Source: Squalus acanthias
Taxonomy: Eukaryota
NCBI GenBank assembly: GCA_030390025.1
Contig: CM059432.1
Coordinates: 135,906,001 to 135,970,000, forward strand
Direction: 5' to 3'
DNA: 64,000 nucleotides
Shown piece after piece: positions 25,372 to 36,967 of the stretch. Each line of letters begins with the position of its first letter. Positions within the stretch are counted from its first letter, which is position 1. The notes beneath the pieces were generated by a model. It was not told where the DNA came from. It did not search any database and saw only the letters and a list, made by a program, of their open reading frames with translations. Both the position numbers and the translations under genes were made by a program.

Positions 25372-26430
25372 CCCAGTGGGAAGCCCATGGTGTAGTGTGG
25401 TACTAATCAGTATAAAATAGAAGGTCATATGCTTGATCCTTGGTCTGTGCTGATTTAGCTGATATCAGCTGGGTCAGTAGTTGAGGTGATACAAGTAGAT
25501 GCACTACCCCTGGGCTTGTGAGCAGAATAATCAGTAAGGGCTCTCACTCCTGATTACTATCCAGTCACTCCTGCTGGGAAGTGCTGAAAGAGAAGAACAA
25601 ACTTGCATTTCTATAGCGCCTTTCACAACCTCAGGATGTCCCAAAGCGCTTTACAGCCAATGAAGTACTTTTGAAATGTAGTCACTGTTATAATGTAGGA
25701 AAAGCGGCAGCCAATTTGCACACAGCAAGATCCCACAAACAGCAATGTCATAATTACCAGATAACCTGTTTTTAGGAGTTGGTTGAGGGATTAATATTGG
25801 CCCAGGACACCGGAGCGAACTCCCCTGCTCTTCTTCCAAATAGATCTTTTACGTCCACCTGAGAGGCCAGAAGGGTCCTCGGTGTAACGTCTCATCTGAA
25901 AGATGGCACCTCCGACAGTGCAGCACTCCCTCACTCTTGCACTGGGAGTGTCAGTCTATATTTGTGCTTAAGTCTCTGGAGTGGGGCGTGAACTCACAAC
26001 CCTCTGACCCAGAGGCAAGAGTGCTACCCATTGAAAAGAAAAGAGAGGAAGACTTGCATTTATATAGCGCCTTTCACTACCACCGGATGTCCCAAAGCGC
26101 TTCGCAGCCAATGAAGTACTTTTGAAGCGAAGTCACTGTTGTAATGTGGGAAACGCAGCAGCCAATTTGCGCACAGCAAGCTCCCACAAACAGCGATGTG
26201 ATAATGAGCAGATCATCTGTTTTCAGTGATGTTGATTGAGGGATAAATATTGGCCAGGACACTGGGGAGAACTCCCCTCGGCTCACACCTAGACACACAC
26301 GTCTGGCGAGAGCAATTACAATTGAGCAGCCTGTTGTCACTGCTCACACGTAGAATTACCTTGGTCAGCTCCATGGAACTATAGAGCAGCAATGGTCACC
26401 AGCTTCAGGAGAAGTGGTGAGAAAATTTAG
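25372..26430 (+). mobile_element. AmnSINE2-like ancient SINE (25372-25585 plus 26281-26430), split by two Deu-SINEs
   Basis: GGTCTGTGCTGATTTAGCTGATATCAGC, CCCCTGGGCT, CTCCTGATTACTATCCAGT..CCTGCTGG and the 3' CCATGGAACT...CTTCAGGAGA...GAGAAAATT match the AmnSINE2 layout as I recall it. Confidence 0.6.
25588..26280 (-). mobile_element. Two tandem Deu-SINE copies (25588-26032; 26035-26280 truncated)
   Basis: Two ACTTGCATTT(A/C)TATAGCGCCTTTCAC tail starts followed by collinear bodies. Confidence 0.9.
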
Positions 26431-27389
26431 AAAAATATATATACGATTAAAAAAAAAGACGGATCGTTTGAACAAGAGAATCCCCAAAGCATTATGTGGC
26501 GGCTTTCAGGCTATCTCCTTAAGTTTTACGAAAGTATTTTTTCTGTCCGTCTGTCTCTCATCCGGACCGCTGACACCGTCTACCTGTTTGGTCAGATGAA
26601 ATTCCCATTGTTGGAGGAGCACATGGTGAGCAGAAGAAAATTATGAAATCTTGTTGGCTGCGTCATGGCAACTGAACAAACAGCTCCTCCAAAGAAAGCA
26701 GCTCACAGAAAATAGCAATATTTCTCTGTGTTCCCACACTTGACATTTTTATCCCTCCATCTGTTTAAAGCTCACTGCATGATAGGCTTACTCAGTTTCT
26801 AAAGTACTCTCCTCCCAGCAAGGGCTGTAAACCCCCCCCCCCCCCCACCCCCCTGAAGATTTACTTTAATACTTCTGTCCTTATATCAATAGATATTTGC
26901 GAAATAATGCTGCACCATTTCCAAGTCGATGACATGATACAATGGATTGTTGGCCTCTGTTACGTTCAACCTTTGTGTTTTTTTTTCATTTCCAAGTTAT
27001 TTTGTACTTTTCTTTCATGTTTCCGCTCACCGCTCTCTCCGCGGCATGTATCATAACCACAGCTGAGAATGGGACAGCCAGACTACTCCCAGACCTCTGT
27101 CAGTGCCACGCCAGCAGCGTTGCTAGGAGCTGCGTGACTGTGCCACAGGTGTGACCTGCCCCTTCAATCTTTCCTCCAGCCTTCCTTGTGAGATAGTTCT
27201 TTTTTTTTGTTCATTTTGGGTTTATTTTTTGTTACAGAAAGTCGCAGGCATGTGAAGTGGCCACCTACCCACTGCATGACCTTTGTCACTAATGCATGAT
27301 GGCATTCACATTACAGCAATAATGGGTGCAGTGTTATTCCTTCATCTTTGCAAAGGAGATTTTATGGCCAGTTTATATCCTATATTAAT

Positions 27390-27844
27390 AAAAAAAGAAA
27401 GACTTGCATTTATATAGCGCCTTTTACGACCTCAGAACATCCCAAAGCGCTTTACAGCCAATGAAGTACTTTTTGAAGTATAGTCACTGCTGTAATGTAG
27501 TAAACGTGGCATCCAATTTGCACACAACAAGCTCATGCAAACAGCAATGAGATAATGACCAGATCATCTGTTTTAATGATGCTGGTTGAGGGATTAATAT
27601 TGGCCAGGACACTGGAGAGAACCCTCCTGCTTTTCTTCAAATCGTGCCTTGGGATCTTTTATGTCTGAGAGGGTTGACAGAGCCTCATTTTATAGTCTCA
27701 TCCGAAAGACAGTGCAGCACTCCCTCAGAACTGCCCTGGAGTGTCAGCACAGATCATTTGCTCAAGTCTCTGGAGTCGGGACTTGAACCCACAACCTCCT
27801 GAACTCAGAGGAGAGAGTGCTACCACAATGAGCCTCGGCTGACA
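27390..27844 (-). mobile_element. Deu-domain tRNA-SINE, full length
   Basis: Runs from the tail to GGCTGACA at the head, collinear with the other copies. Confidence 0.9.
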
Positions 27845-28422
27845 TTAGTATTACATCATATGAAGCACAATGTTGTGTTTAAGCAACCTGTCCCTTTAAG
27901 AGCAGAGAGTCCAATTGCCATAAATCTGAGGTCACTCAGGATCAAGTTGTTATTTGGGTAGGGAACATTGCAAATTGTAAAGTGCCTGTCAGTTTCAGCT
28001 CCAGATTAGAAGTATGCTGCGTCAAGTAACTGGCTTTCTCCCCCTTTTTTTTTTACAAACTGTTTTGCATCTGTAACAAAGTGTGACACCACGGTTACTG
28101 TACTGCTCGTGAATCACCTGTGGGGCTGCTCACAGCAAGTCAGAGGGTGCTCACTGCTTTATTAGGACAAGAAAACTGTGCCATGCGTAACAGAATGTAA
28201 ATGCGTGTTCCTTTAAGGCAAGGAGGCGTAATTGATCTAGAAATCAGTGCTCGGGTAAGTTACAGGTCAGGCTGCGGATCCCTGGCTTTGAATCGTATCC
28301 TGGTAAACTAAGAAGTTGGAACGCAGTGATGGTATGTTCACTGCAGCAGGTACCCGCTCCCTAGAAAAATCGGTTGTGGTGTGGTCAGGTAAATTTGCCT
28401 CGTTAGAATAAATTTGACTGAT

Positions 28423-28611
28423 GGGGTAATTCTAACCTAACTGTCCGGGCGGGGAACCCATGGGATCGGGTGGAACACCGGTTTCACACCCTGTGCCCAA
28501 TATTGCTCTCTACTGACTGCAACAGCGAGTAAAATCGGGCGGGGTATAAAACCAGCGTTGCACCCGAACCCGTCAGTTTCCCCGATGGGCGGGTTAGGTT
28601 AAAATTGCTCC
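28423..28611. mobile_element. Fold-back palindromic MITE (about 190 bp)
   Basis: GGGGTAATTCTAACCTAAC / GTTAGGTTAAAATTGCTCCC ends; the two halves are imperfect inverted repeats throughout. Confidence 0.75.
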
Positions 28612-29149
28612 CTTAGTGTGACCAAGAGGGGTTACAGAGAAGTATTCCAGGAAGTTTGTGACAGCAAGCTATACAAATGATGTTTGTTGGCAACTCCTGT
28701 GGCATTGCTCACAGGAACTAAATTGGACAGCTCCTTCAACGAGCTGGCACAGGCACGACAGGTCGAATATCCTCCTTCCCTGCTGTAAGATTCTATGACA
28801 CAGTCTGTTTCTTGACTGTGTCATTTGCATGTTTCTGGTTGTGTACCACTCTCTCCTTTGCTGGTTCTCTTTATGCTGTTTCTGAATGTCTATTTCTCTG
28901 CTGTCTTGCTCTGCCTCTCTCTTTATTGTTCTTGGTTCTTTTATCACTTATCTTTTTTTCTCTGCATTCTGCGTTTCCTGTTTTGTTATTTGGCTTCTTT
29001 CTTCTTTTTCGCAAAATGAAAACTGGACAAGGGCGCCAGAGCTTGAAGGAACAGCAGCACCATCTAGTGTCGGGAGGACTGAAAGGTAAGTACAGTCTCC
29101 ACCACTTGCACCATCCCCACTTATCCCGCACTGCCACCTATATCGAGTA

Positions 29150-29369
29150 AAATGAGAAGTCGCACAACACCAGGTTATAGTCCAACAGATTTATTTAATT
29201 TTACAAGCTTTCGAAGTAGTTTGCTCCTTCGTCAGGTAAGTTAGCAATGAGAGAATCTCCCAGAATTCACAATTTAAACCCAGACAAAATCTATTCACAT
29301 TATTCCCTACAACAAAGCGACTTCTCATTTTTGTCCACCCCAGTCCAACGCCGGCATCTCCACATCATG
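29150..29369. mobile_element. Short Penelope-like element: inverted pLTR end plus about 38-nt tail
   Basis: 14-bp TSD ACCTATATCGAGTA (29136-29149, 29370-29383); 15-bp inverted arms at 29149-29163 and 29317-29331; hammerhead core on the minus strand. Confidence 0.88.
29201..29239 (-). ncRNA. Minimal type I hammerhead ribozyme motif
   Basis: Minus strand UUAC-CUGACGA-A-GGAGCAAACUACUUC-GAAA-GCUU-GUAA: conserved core, 4-bp stem I, palindromic AGCU stem III. Confidence 0.7.
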
Positions 29370-29545
29370 ACCTATATCGAGTAGATAGAGCTAACCATTT
29401 CCTAGTCTCTCCAAGGTGGACACCAGAGTCTGGATGGCAGCCGTTTGAGCTTCTACCACAGCTGCAAAGGCTGGTAACAGACGTAGACTCCTACTGTGAA
29501 GGTTCGGCAGCAGTGTCCACTAGAGCTGGCCACAGTCTCCAGGAT

Positions 29546-29978
29546 GTGTCAGCCGTGGTTCAGTTGGCAGCACTCATACCGCTGAGTCAGAAAGTTGTGT
29601 GTTTAAGTCTCACTCCAGAGACTTGACCACAATCTAGGCTGACACTCCCAGAGCTGCACTGCTGGAGGTGCCATCTTTCGGATGAGACGTTAAACCAAGG
29701 CCCTGTCTGCCCTCTCAGGTGGACGTAAAAGATCCCATGGCACTATTTTGAAGAAGAGCAGGGGAGTTATCCCTAGTGTCCTGGTCAATATTTATCCCTC
29801 AATCGACATCATTAAACAGATGATCTGGTCATTGTCACATTGCTGTGTGTGGGAGCTTGCTGTGCACAAATTTGCTGCCACGTTTCTTACATTAGAACAG
29901 TGACTACACTTCAAAAGTACTTCATTGGCTGTAAAGTGCTTTGGGACGTCCTGAGGTTGCTGTAGAAATGTAAGTCTA
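29546..29978 (+). mobile_element. Deu-domain tRNA-SINE
   Basis: Head GTGTCAGCCGTGGTTCAGTTGG through the L2-like tail. Confidence 0.9.
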
Positions 29979-29993
29979 TCTACCTTGTGATGA

Positions 29994-30328
29994 AAATGAG
30001 AAGTCGCACAACACCAGGTTATAGTCCAACAGTTTTATTTGAAATTACGAGCTTTCGGAGCTCTGCTCCTTCGTCAGGTACAGTGAGGGAATACAAATCG
30101 ATTACAAAGTATATATAGACAGAGAACAATGTGTCTGCAGAGATACAATCCGTCAGGGAGGCATTACATCAAAGACACAGCAGAGTACAGCTAAGACAAT
30201 GAGGTGGGTCACAGGGGGTCCACCCGAAAGCTCGTAATTTCAAATAAAACTGTTGGACTATAACCTGGTGTTGTGCGACTTCTCATTTTTGTCCACCCCA
30301 GTCCAACTCCGGCATCTCTGCATCATGA
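29994..30328. mobile_element. Short Penelope-like element with a perfect 66-bp inverted repeat plus 39-nt tail
   Basis: 14-bp TSD CTACCTTGTGATGA (29980-29993, 30329-30342); arms 29993-30058 and 30224-30289 are exact reverse complements. Confidence 0.92.
30046..30080 (-). ncRNA. Minimal type I hammerhead ribozyme motif
   Basis: Minus strand UAC-CUGACGA-A-GGAGC-AGA-GCUCC-GAAA-GCUC-GUA: perfect 5-bp stem II, 3-bp stem I, predicted cleavage after CUC. Confidence 0.8.
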
Positions 30329-31342
30329 CTACCTTGTGATGAGTGTTGAACAATGTCAATGCAGGGGAGGGAATTGTTCAGATTGCTGGGGGAGGTGAGT
30401 GGGAAAGACTCTTACCAGGTGTTGTGCAGAGAGACAGAGAAATGAAGCTTTGCTACTCTTGTGAGACTATTGAAGGGTTTGCTGAGCTGGATCCAGGTCA
30501 TGGGCAGGGGTGGGTGATGCTCCTGGAGCTGACCTTCTCAGCCACCTCTCTCCAGGCCTGGTGAACAATACATTTTTGGAATCTTCCTGCCATTAATGGG
30601 GGGAAAAAGTGAACTCCCATCCTTGTCCTCAACTCTTTGACCATGAACTCCAGTGAGGCTTCAGAAAATCTTGGGGCTTGTCTGCAACTTGTCCCTGATC
30701 AAATTCCTTCTTGCAGCAATGAACAGCAAAACCAATCAGATGGGAGTGCAGCTTCCCTTTAAGATTGATTTTCGTGATTTAATAGCTCCAAACTGTGCAT
30801 ATTGTGATAATTTCACCTAGATTCTATCTTAGCTCTAAAAGAACACAAACATTTGCTGTAAGGTTTTGATGTGTAAAATGACAAAAGCCAAATTTCTAAA
30901 TTAAACATAATACAAATAAATTCCTATAGATACACCGTAAATACCAACAGGATTCATTCATTAATCCTGCTTGGATTGGGACTGCTACTGGGTGCTTGCA
31001 CAAGAGGGGGGTGACAAATTGAATGCAGCTGCAGCTCTTTAAGGGGCTGCAGCTGCCACTTAAAGGGAAGCTTTGGCATTGATAGGCTCACAGGCAGCAA
31101 GCTGATTGCTGGCAAGCAATGGTACAGTGCCAACAAAGAAGCCCCAGCATTTGATGAGCTAGTTGCTTCTTCAAACAGTAGGCCAAAGGAGGGTTACTCT
31201 GTTATGGGACTGGAGGGCATTCTGCTGACTGGAAGTTTACCATATCAAGTGGGAAGAGGTGGCAGCTCAAAGGATCAAAGCATAGAAATTATACATTTAA
31301 TGGTATAAATACATATTTTTTTTAACATCTATGTAAATACAT

Positions 31343-31700
31343 AGGGTAGACGTAGAGAAAATGTTTCCACTTGTGGGGGAAGTCCAAAACTAGGGGTCAA
31401 AAATATAAGATAGTCACTAATAAATCCAATAAGGAAATTCAGGAGAAACTTCTTTACCCAGAGAGTGGTTAGAATGTGGAGCTCGCTACCACATGGAGTG
31501 GTTGAAGCGAACAGCATAGATGCCTTTAAGGGGAAGCTGGATAAGCTCATGAGGGAGAAAGGAATAGAAGGATATGCTGAATAAATAATAATAGGGTGAG
31601 ATGAAGAAGAGTGGGAGGAGGCTCGTGCGCAGCATCAACACTGACAGACCAGTTGGGCCGAATGGCCTGTTTCTGTGCTGTAAATTCTATGTCATTCTAT
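31343..31700 (+). mobile_element. CR1 3' fragment
   Basis: AGAAACTTCTTTACCCAGAGAGTGGTTAGAATGTGG...TTGGGCCGAATGGCCTGTTTCTGTGCTGTA. Confidence 0.88.
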
Positions 31701-32092
31701 ATAAATACATTCAGAAGAGGAAGTTTGCCAGCCTCAGGAAATCTGCCACGGTAAAATGATGCTGCACTTCTCTCTTCAAAATAGCTGGGCATGTTGCAAA
31801 GAATTTCCTCTGAACTATTATACCTCAACTGAGGCTGCATGCAAAGCATTCGGACAATCTTATGGATCTTTGGTAGCTTCGTGCGCAGGCTTCCAGTACA
31901 GAAAGACAAAGGGGTCGATATTCACTGTCTTCGCCCGGTGTTAACTGGGCTTTAATTAAGGTCGGTAGCCTTACCGCCTCATTAACACCAGCGATGTGGC
32001 TGGCTCCATTTTGAAAGCGGCCTACTTCTGGATGTAGAAAGCGCCCTGCTGTTTCAGGCAATAGGCTGCTTTAATATGGAAATCGGGGTCCT

Positions 32093-32678
32093 TTGTTTGG
32101 CTCCAGCTATACAAAGCCCCGGTTAGACCACATCTGGAGTTCTGTGTACAATTCTGGGCACCACACCTTAGAAAGGATATATTGGCCTTGGAAGGAGTGC
32201 AGTGTAGATTGACCAGAATGTTACCAGGGCTCCAAGGGTCAGATTATGAGGAGCGATTACATAAACTAGGTTTGTATTCCCTGGGATATGGAAGGTTAAG
32301 GGGTGATTTGATTTTTAGGATTTTGAAAGGAATTGATAGGGTAGATAGAGAGAAACTTTTTCCGATGGTGGTGGAGTCATGGACAAGGGGACATGACCTT
32401 AAATTCCGAGCCAGGCCATTCAGGAGAGAAATTAGGACACACTTCTTCCCGCAAAGGGTGGTAGAAATGTGGAACTCTCTCCCATAAAAAGCTGTAGCTG
32501 CTAGCTTAATTAATCATTTTAAATCTGAGATCGATAGGTTTTTGCTCGCCAAGGGTATTGAGGGATATGGAGCCAGGGCGGGGGCATGATGTTAGGATAC
32601 TGACCAGCCATGATCTCATTGAATGGAAGAATAGGCTCGAGGGGCTGAATGGTCTACTCCTGTTCCTATGTTCCTATG
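32093..32678 (+). mobile_element. CR1 3' portion nested in a GC-rich MITE (about 31912-32870)
   Basis: ORF 32182-32487 ALEGVQCRLTRMLPGL...FFPQRVVEMWNSLP; (TTCCTATG)n tail; splits the MITE palindrome GGGGTCCT|ATGACGTCAATAGGACCC. Confidence 0.88.
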
Positions 32679-32931
32679 ACGTCAATAGGACCCTGAGTGC
32701 TATTTTAGGTCAGAACTGGTTGGAGCTTATACTGCGCAGTTCCACGGGCGATGGATGCCAGATTTAAATGAGGCCGGGGGGGGGGGCGCTCAAAATCGTG
32801 GGGTTACGGGGGGAGGCCTCTTCACTGTTGGTGGAATGGGGTGACCCAGCAGCAGTGCTCCGCCAGTCAGTCATCCAAAAGTCAAAATGTACTCCAAATT
32901 GTCCAGCTGCACTATCAAACTGGAACTATTA

Positions 32932-33402
32932 GAAAGAAAGAAAGAGTTGCATTTCTATAGCGCCTTTCATGACCTCCGGATGTCCCAAAGTGCTTTACAG
33001 CCAATGAAATGCTTTTGAAATGTAGTCACTGTTGTAATGTAGAAAATGCAGCAGCCAATTTGCACACAGCAAGCTCCCACAAACAGCAATGTGACAATGA
33101 CCAGATAATCTGTTTTTATGATGTTGATTGAGGGATAAATATTGGCCAGGACACCAGGGATAACTCCCCTGCCCTTCTTTGAAATAGTTCCATGGGATCT
33201 TTTACTTCCACTTGAGAGCAAACGGCGCCTCGGTTTAATGTCTCATCCGAAAGACGGCACCTCCAATAGTGCAGCACTCCCTCAGTACTGCACTGGAGTG
33301 TCAGCCTAGATTTTTGTGCTCAGGGTTCTGGAGTGGGACTTGAACCCACAACCTTCTGACTCCGAGGTGAGAAGTGCTACCCACTGAGCCACAGCTGGCA
33401 CT
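32932..33402 (-). mobile_element. Deu-domain tRNA-SINE, full length
   Basis: Complete tail-to-head copy. Confidence 0.92.
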
Positions 33403-33547
33403 GTAACATCTGGAAAGTTGAGCTCACAAAGCAAGCTCCTAACAAAATGTAACTACCTGATATATATTTAATTACTTGCTGGATTGCAGGATGGGCACTT
33501 TGGTGTCATTTGTATGTAGTCTTCAAATTTGAAATACATCTTTGCTT

Positions 33548-33777
33548 GTAGGTTGATTTGGCTATGATAAATTGACCCTTAGTGTTAGGGGGGGATTAAA
33601 TATGTGGGGTTACGGGGATAGGGTGGGATATGTGTCGGTGCAGGCTCGATGGGGATTCTGTGTGAGAAAGCAGGGACAGGGTACTGGATTTGGATGATCA
33701 GCCATGATCGTATTGAATGGTGGAGCAGGCTCGACGGGCCGAATGGCCTACTCCTGCTCCTAGTTTCTATGTTTCTA
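33548..33777 (+). mobile_element. 5'-truncated HE1-type SINE with an extended CR1 tail
   Basis: TAGGTTGATTTGGCTATGATAAATTGACCC body; second tail nearly identical to that of 4133-4557. Confidence 0.85.
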
Positions 33778-35453
33778 GGACATAAAAGTAAATCCACATA
33801 AGGAGGATGGCCCTGGAGCTTTCTTCCCTCAAGTACGTTTGAGGAGGTTATGCTGGAAATATTAGGGATGGACACTGTACACAGGACCAATTATGCAGTC
33901 CTGCCACAGTGACAGTCCTGCATTTCATGCACACTATGACCTAGCAGAGTAATGACCTGAGTTCACATGGTTAAGTTATTTAACTCATTAGAATATACTC
34001 CCTGTGCAAATTGGCCCAAGCACAGGGAGCATGATGATAATGGGTTGGGACGCCCCTTGAGGGCTGCTGGGAAAATTTAAAGGGATGTGGCCACTTAAAG
34101 GGTAGCCATTGCTTGGGGGAGGGCAAACTTGGAAAGGTAAGACTACCCAGCAGTATTATGTATTGGGTAGATGGCCCAAGACTACACGCAGCAAAATACT
34201 GCCTTTTAGTCTGATTTCCATTTACTGCTTGCCCCTGCCAAGTCTTTACACAACCTTACAGCTCTTTCATTGATTCACTATGCTGCACAATGGCTTCAGG
34301 TGCCTTTGCTGTAGGTGGAAAAGCTTTGCAAGGGACATCCTGTGAAATTGGGAGCAAACTTAAGCAGTTGTCCTCAATGACCGTAGTGTTGTTTTTCTGT
34401 TAGTGACACCGGGGCAACTCAGTTTCAACCTTAATGGTCCAGTCAAAAATAGGCAATCTAAGGTGCACTTGTAGCGTACTTGCTCTCCCAGTGCAAAGCA
34501 GCACAGATCTATCCCGAGAGAGGGAATGGGGCAGGGTGAAGAGGGAGGCCTCTCTTATGTTCAGAGCTGGTATAATACTCTCCATGTTCTTTCTCCTCTC
34601 ACTCACTCATTCTTTCACAGGTATACAATCGAGTACAACACCATTATATTACCATGTTGGTTGTATTTGAAGGGGTGTTTTGCATTCTAACATGTATTAC
34701 TCTTCTGTCTCCATAGAAGTCCCCCAAAACACCAGCCAGAGCTCCCCGTGAAATGGACAATGAAGGGATCACAAGTTTGGGCTTTCATCACATTCATCCT
34801 TTCATCATCATCCTCTTCCGCCTTTTTACAAAAACTCAAGAGAAGCACCCAATGCAATTCCCATTTTAAGAATTTAACTTGCAGCAATGAAATATCCAAT
34901 GCACCTTTTAAGAACTCGTTTTCCCAAAACCCTTTAATTACCCATTTCATATGGGTGAGTTGAGCGCATAACGCATTCCTTGCGAGAACATTGGGGAATT
35001 GTAGGCAGCTCAATTACAATACCATTCAGGCAATATATTATCAATACGAGTGCCAGACATAATATTAAAATGAAGCTCTTGCAAGGAATAAGGCCAGTCT
35101 AAGAGACTGCCCAGAGGATTAAGTGCCGCACAATTTGGGCAGGAACCTGCCAATATGGGTCTCTGTCTGTTTTCCTTTCCCTTGCTCACCCATTCTGTTC
35201 TGGTGTGAATGTTCCTGCAGGCTGGAAAATTTAGCAGAGAATTTCTTGCACATGTGTATGTGTGTGTCGTTCAGTTGGTGGAATGTTAAGGAAAGACTTG
35301 CATTTATTAAATGCCTTCTCACATCTTTTGAGGAGATCCCAAAGTGCTTCACCAATGGTGAATTACTTTTGAAGTGCAGCAACTGTTGTTATGTAGATGA
35401 ACTATTCAAACTAAAGACCTCACTGATATTATAACACTGTGACTGCCAGAAAT

Positions 35454-35675
35454 AGAAACAGAAAATGCTGGAAATACTCAGCAGGTCAGGCAGCATCTGT
35501 GGAGAGAGAGAAACAGAGCTAACGTTTCAGCTCGATGACCTTTCGTCAGAACTGGAAAAAGTTAGAGATGTAACAAGTTTTAAGCAGGTGCAGGGAAAGT
35601 GGGGGCGGGGGTTGAGGAAAGAACAAAAGGGAAGGTCTGTGATAGGGTTGAGGGCAGGAGTGGGTAAATGACAAA
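35454..35675 (-). mobile_element. Penelope-like element 3' end, second family, with a hammerhead motif
   Basis: 13-bp TSD GACTGCCAGAAAT (35441-35453, 35676-35688); minus strand CUGACGAAAGGUCAUCGAGCUGAAACGUUAG at about 35518-35549. Confidence 0.85.
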
Positions 35676-35696
35676 GACTGCCAGAAATGTTTTGGT

Positions 35697-36100
35697 AAGA
35701 AAGGACTTACATTTAGATCACACCTTTCACAACCTCAGGATGTCCCAAAGTGTTTTACAGTCAATTATGTACTTTTTTGACATGTAATCACTGTTGTAAT
35801 GTAGGAAATGCGGCAGCCAATTTGCGCACAGCCAGGCCCTAAAATCGGCATGTGATAATGACCAGATCATCTGTTTCATAGTGATGTTGGTTGAGGGATA
35901 AATATTGGCCAGGACACCGGAGAGAACTCTCCTGCTCATCTTCAAAATAGTGCCATGGGATCTTTTACATCCACCTGAGAGGGCAGACGAGGCGTCGGTT
36001 TAACGCCTCATTGGAAAGACAGATCATCCGACAGTGCAGCGCTCCCTCAGTACTGCACTGGAGTGTCAGCCTAGATCAGGCGCTCAGGTCTATGGAGTGG
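35697..36100 (-). mobile_element. Deu-domain SINE, head truncated
   Basis: Collinear with the other copies. Confidence 0.88.
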
Positions 36101-36967
36101 GTAGTGGCATCACATGAAGATCAGATTGTTTGATGGTGTTTGGGAGTTGTTGAGCATCAGTTCCCCACAGTGAGGCAGAAATGTTTTTCCCCATTTTCCC
36201 CTATCCCCTCTTTTTCCAGAAACATATCTTGGGCCATATTTTCTTCCTTTTTGCTAATTCTGGATAAATTGTTGCTTATTGTCAACACTTCTTTGTCAAT
36301 GGTCAGTATCTGACAGTGGCACCCAACTCAATTCTGATTTCTTTTCAATTGAAGGTTTTCACTGAAATGCAACATCTTATAGTGATTCCAAAGATAAGTA
36401 CTGATAGGAGAGGACCATCTTGCTCACCTTTCATAAAAGCCATTGGTTCCCCAGCACAGAATTCATGTGTCATTGAATGATTTTGGAGTTTTTGCCTCGA
36501 CTACCCTATGCAGAGGATCACTCCAGGTATCGATCGCTCTTTGCATGAAGTGTTTCCTGCCATCAGTTCTGAACTTGCCTTTCCCCAGTTTTTCCCCTTG
36601 TCCTGCAGTCATGGTTTAATCTTTTATTTCTTCAGATGAGTTACATCATCCTGTTGTGAAAATATAAAAGATCTGTCAAAATACCTGGGCAGGGATGAGT
36701 GCACAACCTAGGAGAACTAGGTTGATTTGATTCAATCTTATCTCATCCAATGGTTTTGAATCTGAACTTGGCTCAATGTGATTGAAAGTGCTACTCTTCC
36801 CCTCCCCCTTGTCATGGCTCAACTCTAAGACTCATTCCTCATTGTCACCTGGGAATAAAATAATCCAAACTTCTTCAACCTTGAACCAGGGAAAGCTTGA
36901 GCAGAATTCTATTTCCATTGCGATATATACCTGTTATATCACATTATCCCTCCGCGCCCTCTTGCAC

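Noticed and set aside
28800..29150. Hydrophobic or basic ORFs suggesting a membrane protein
   Set aside because: By-products of a T/C-rich low-complexity tract.
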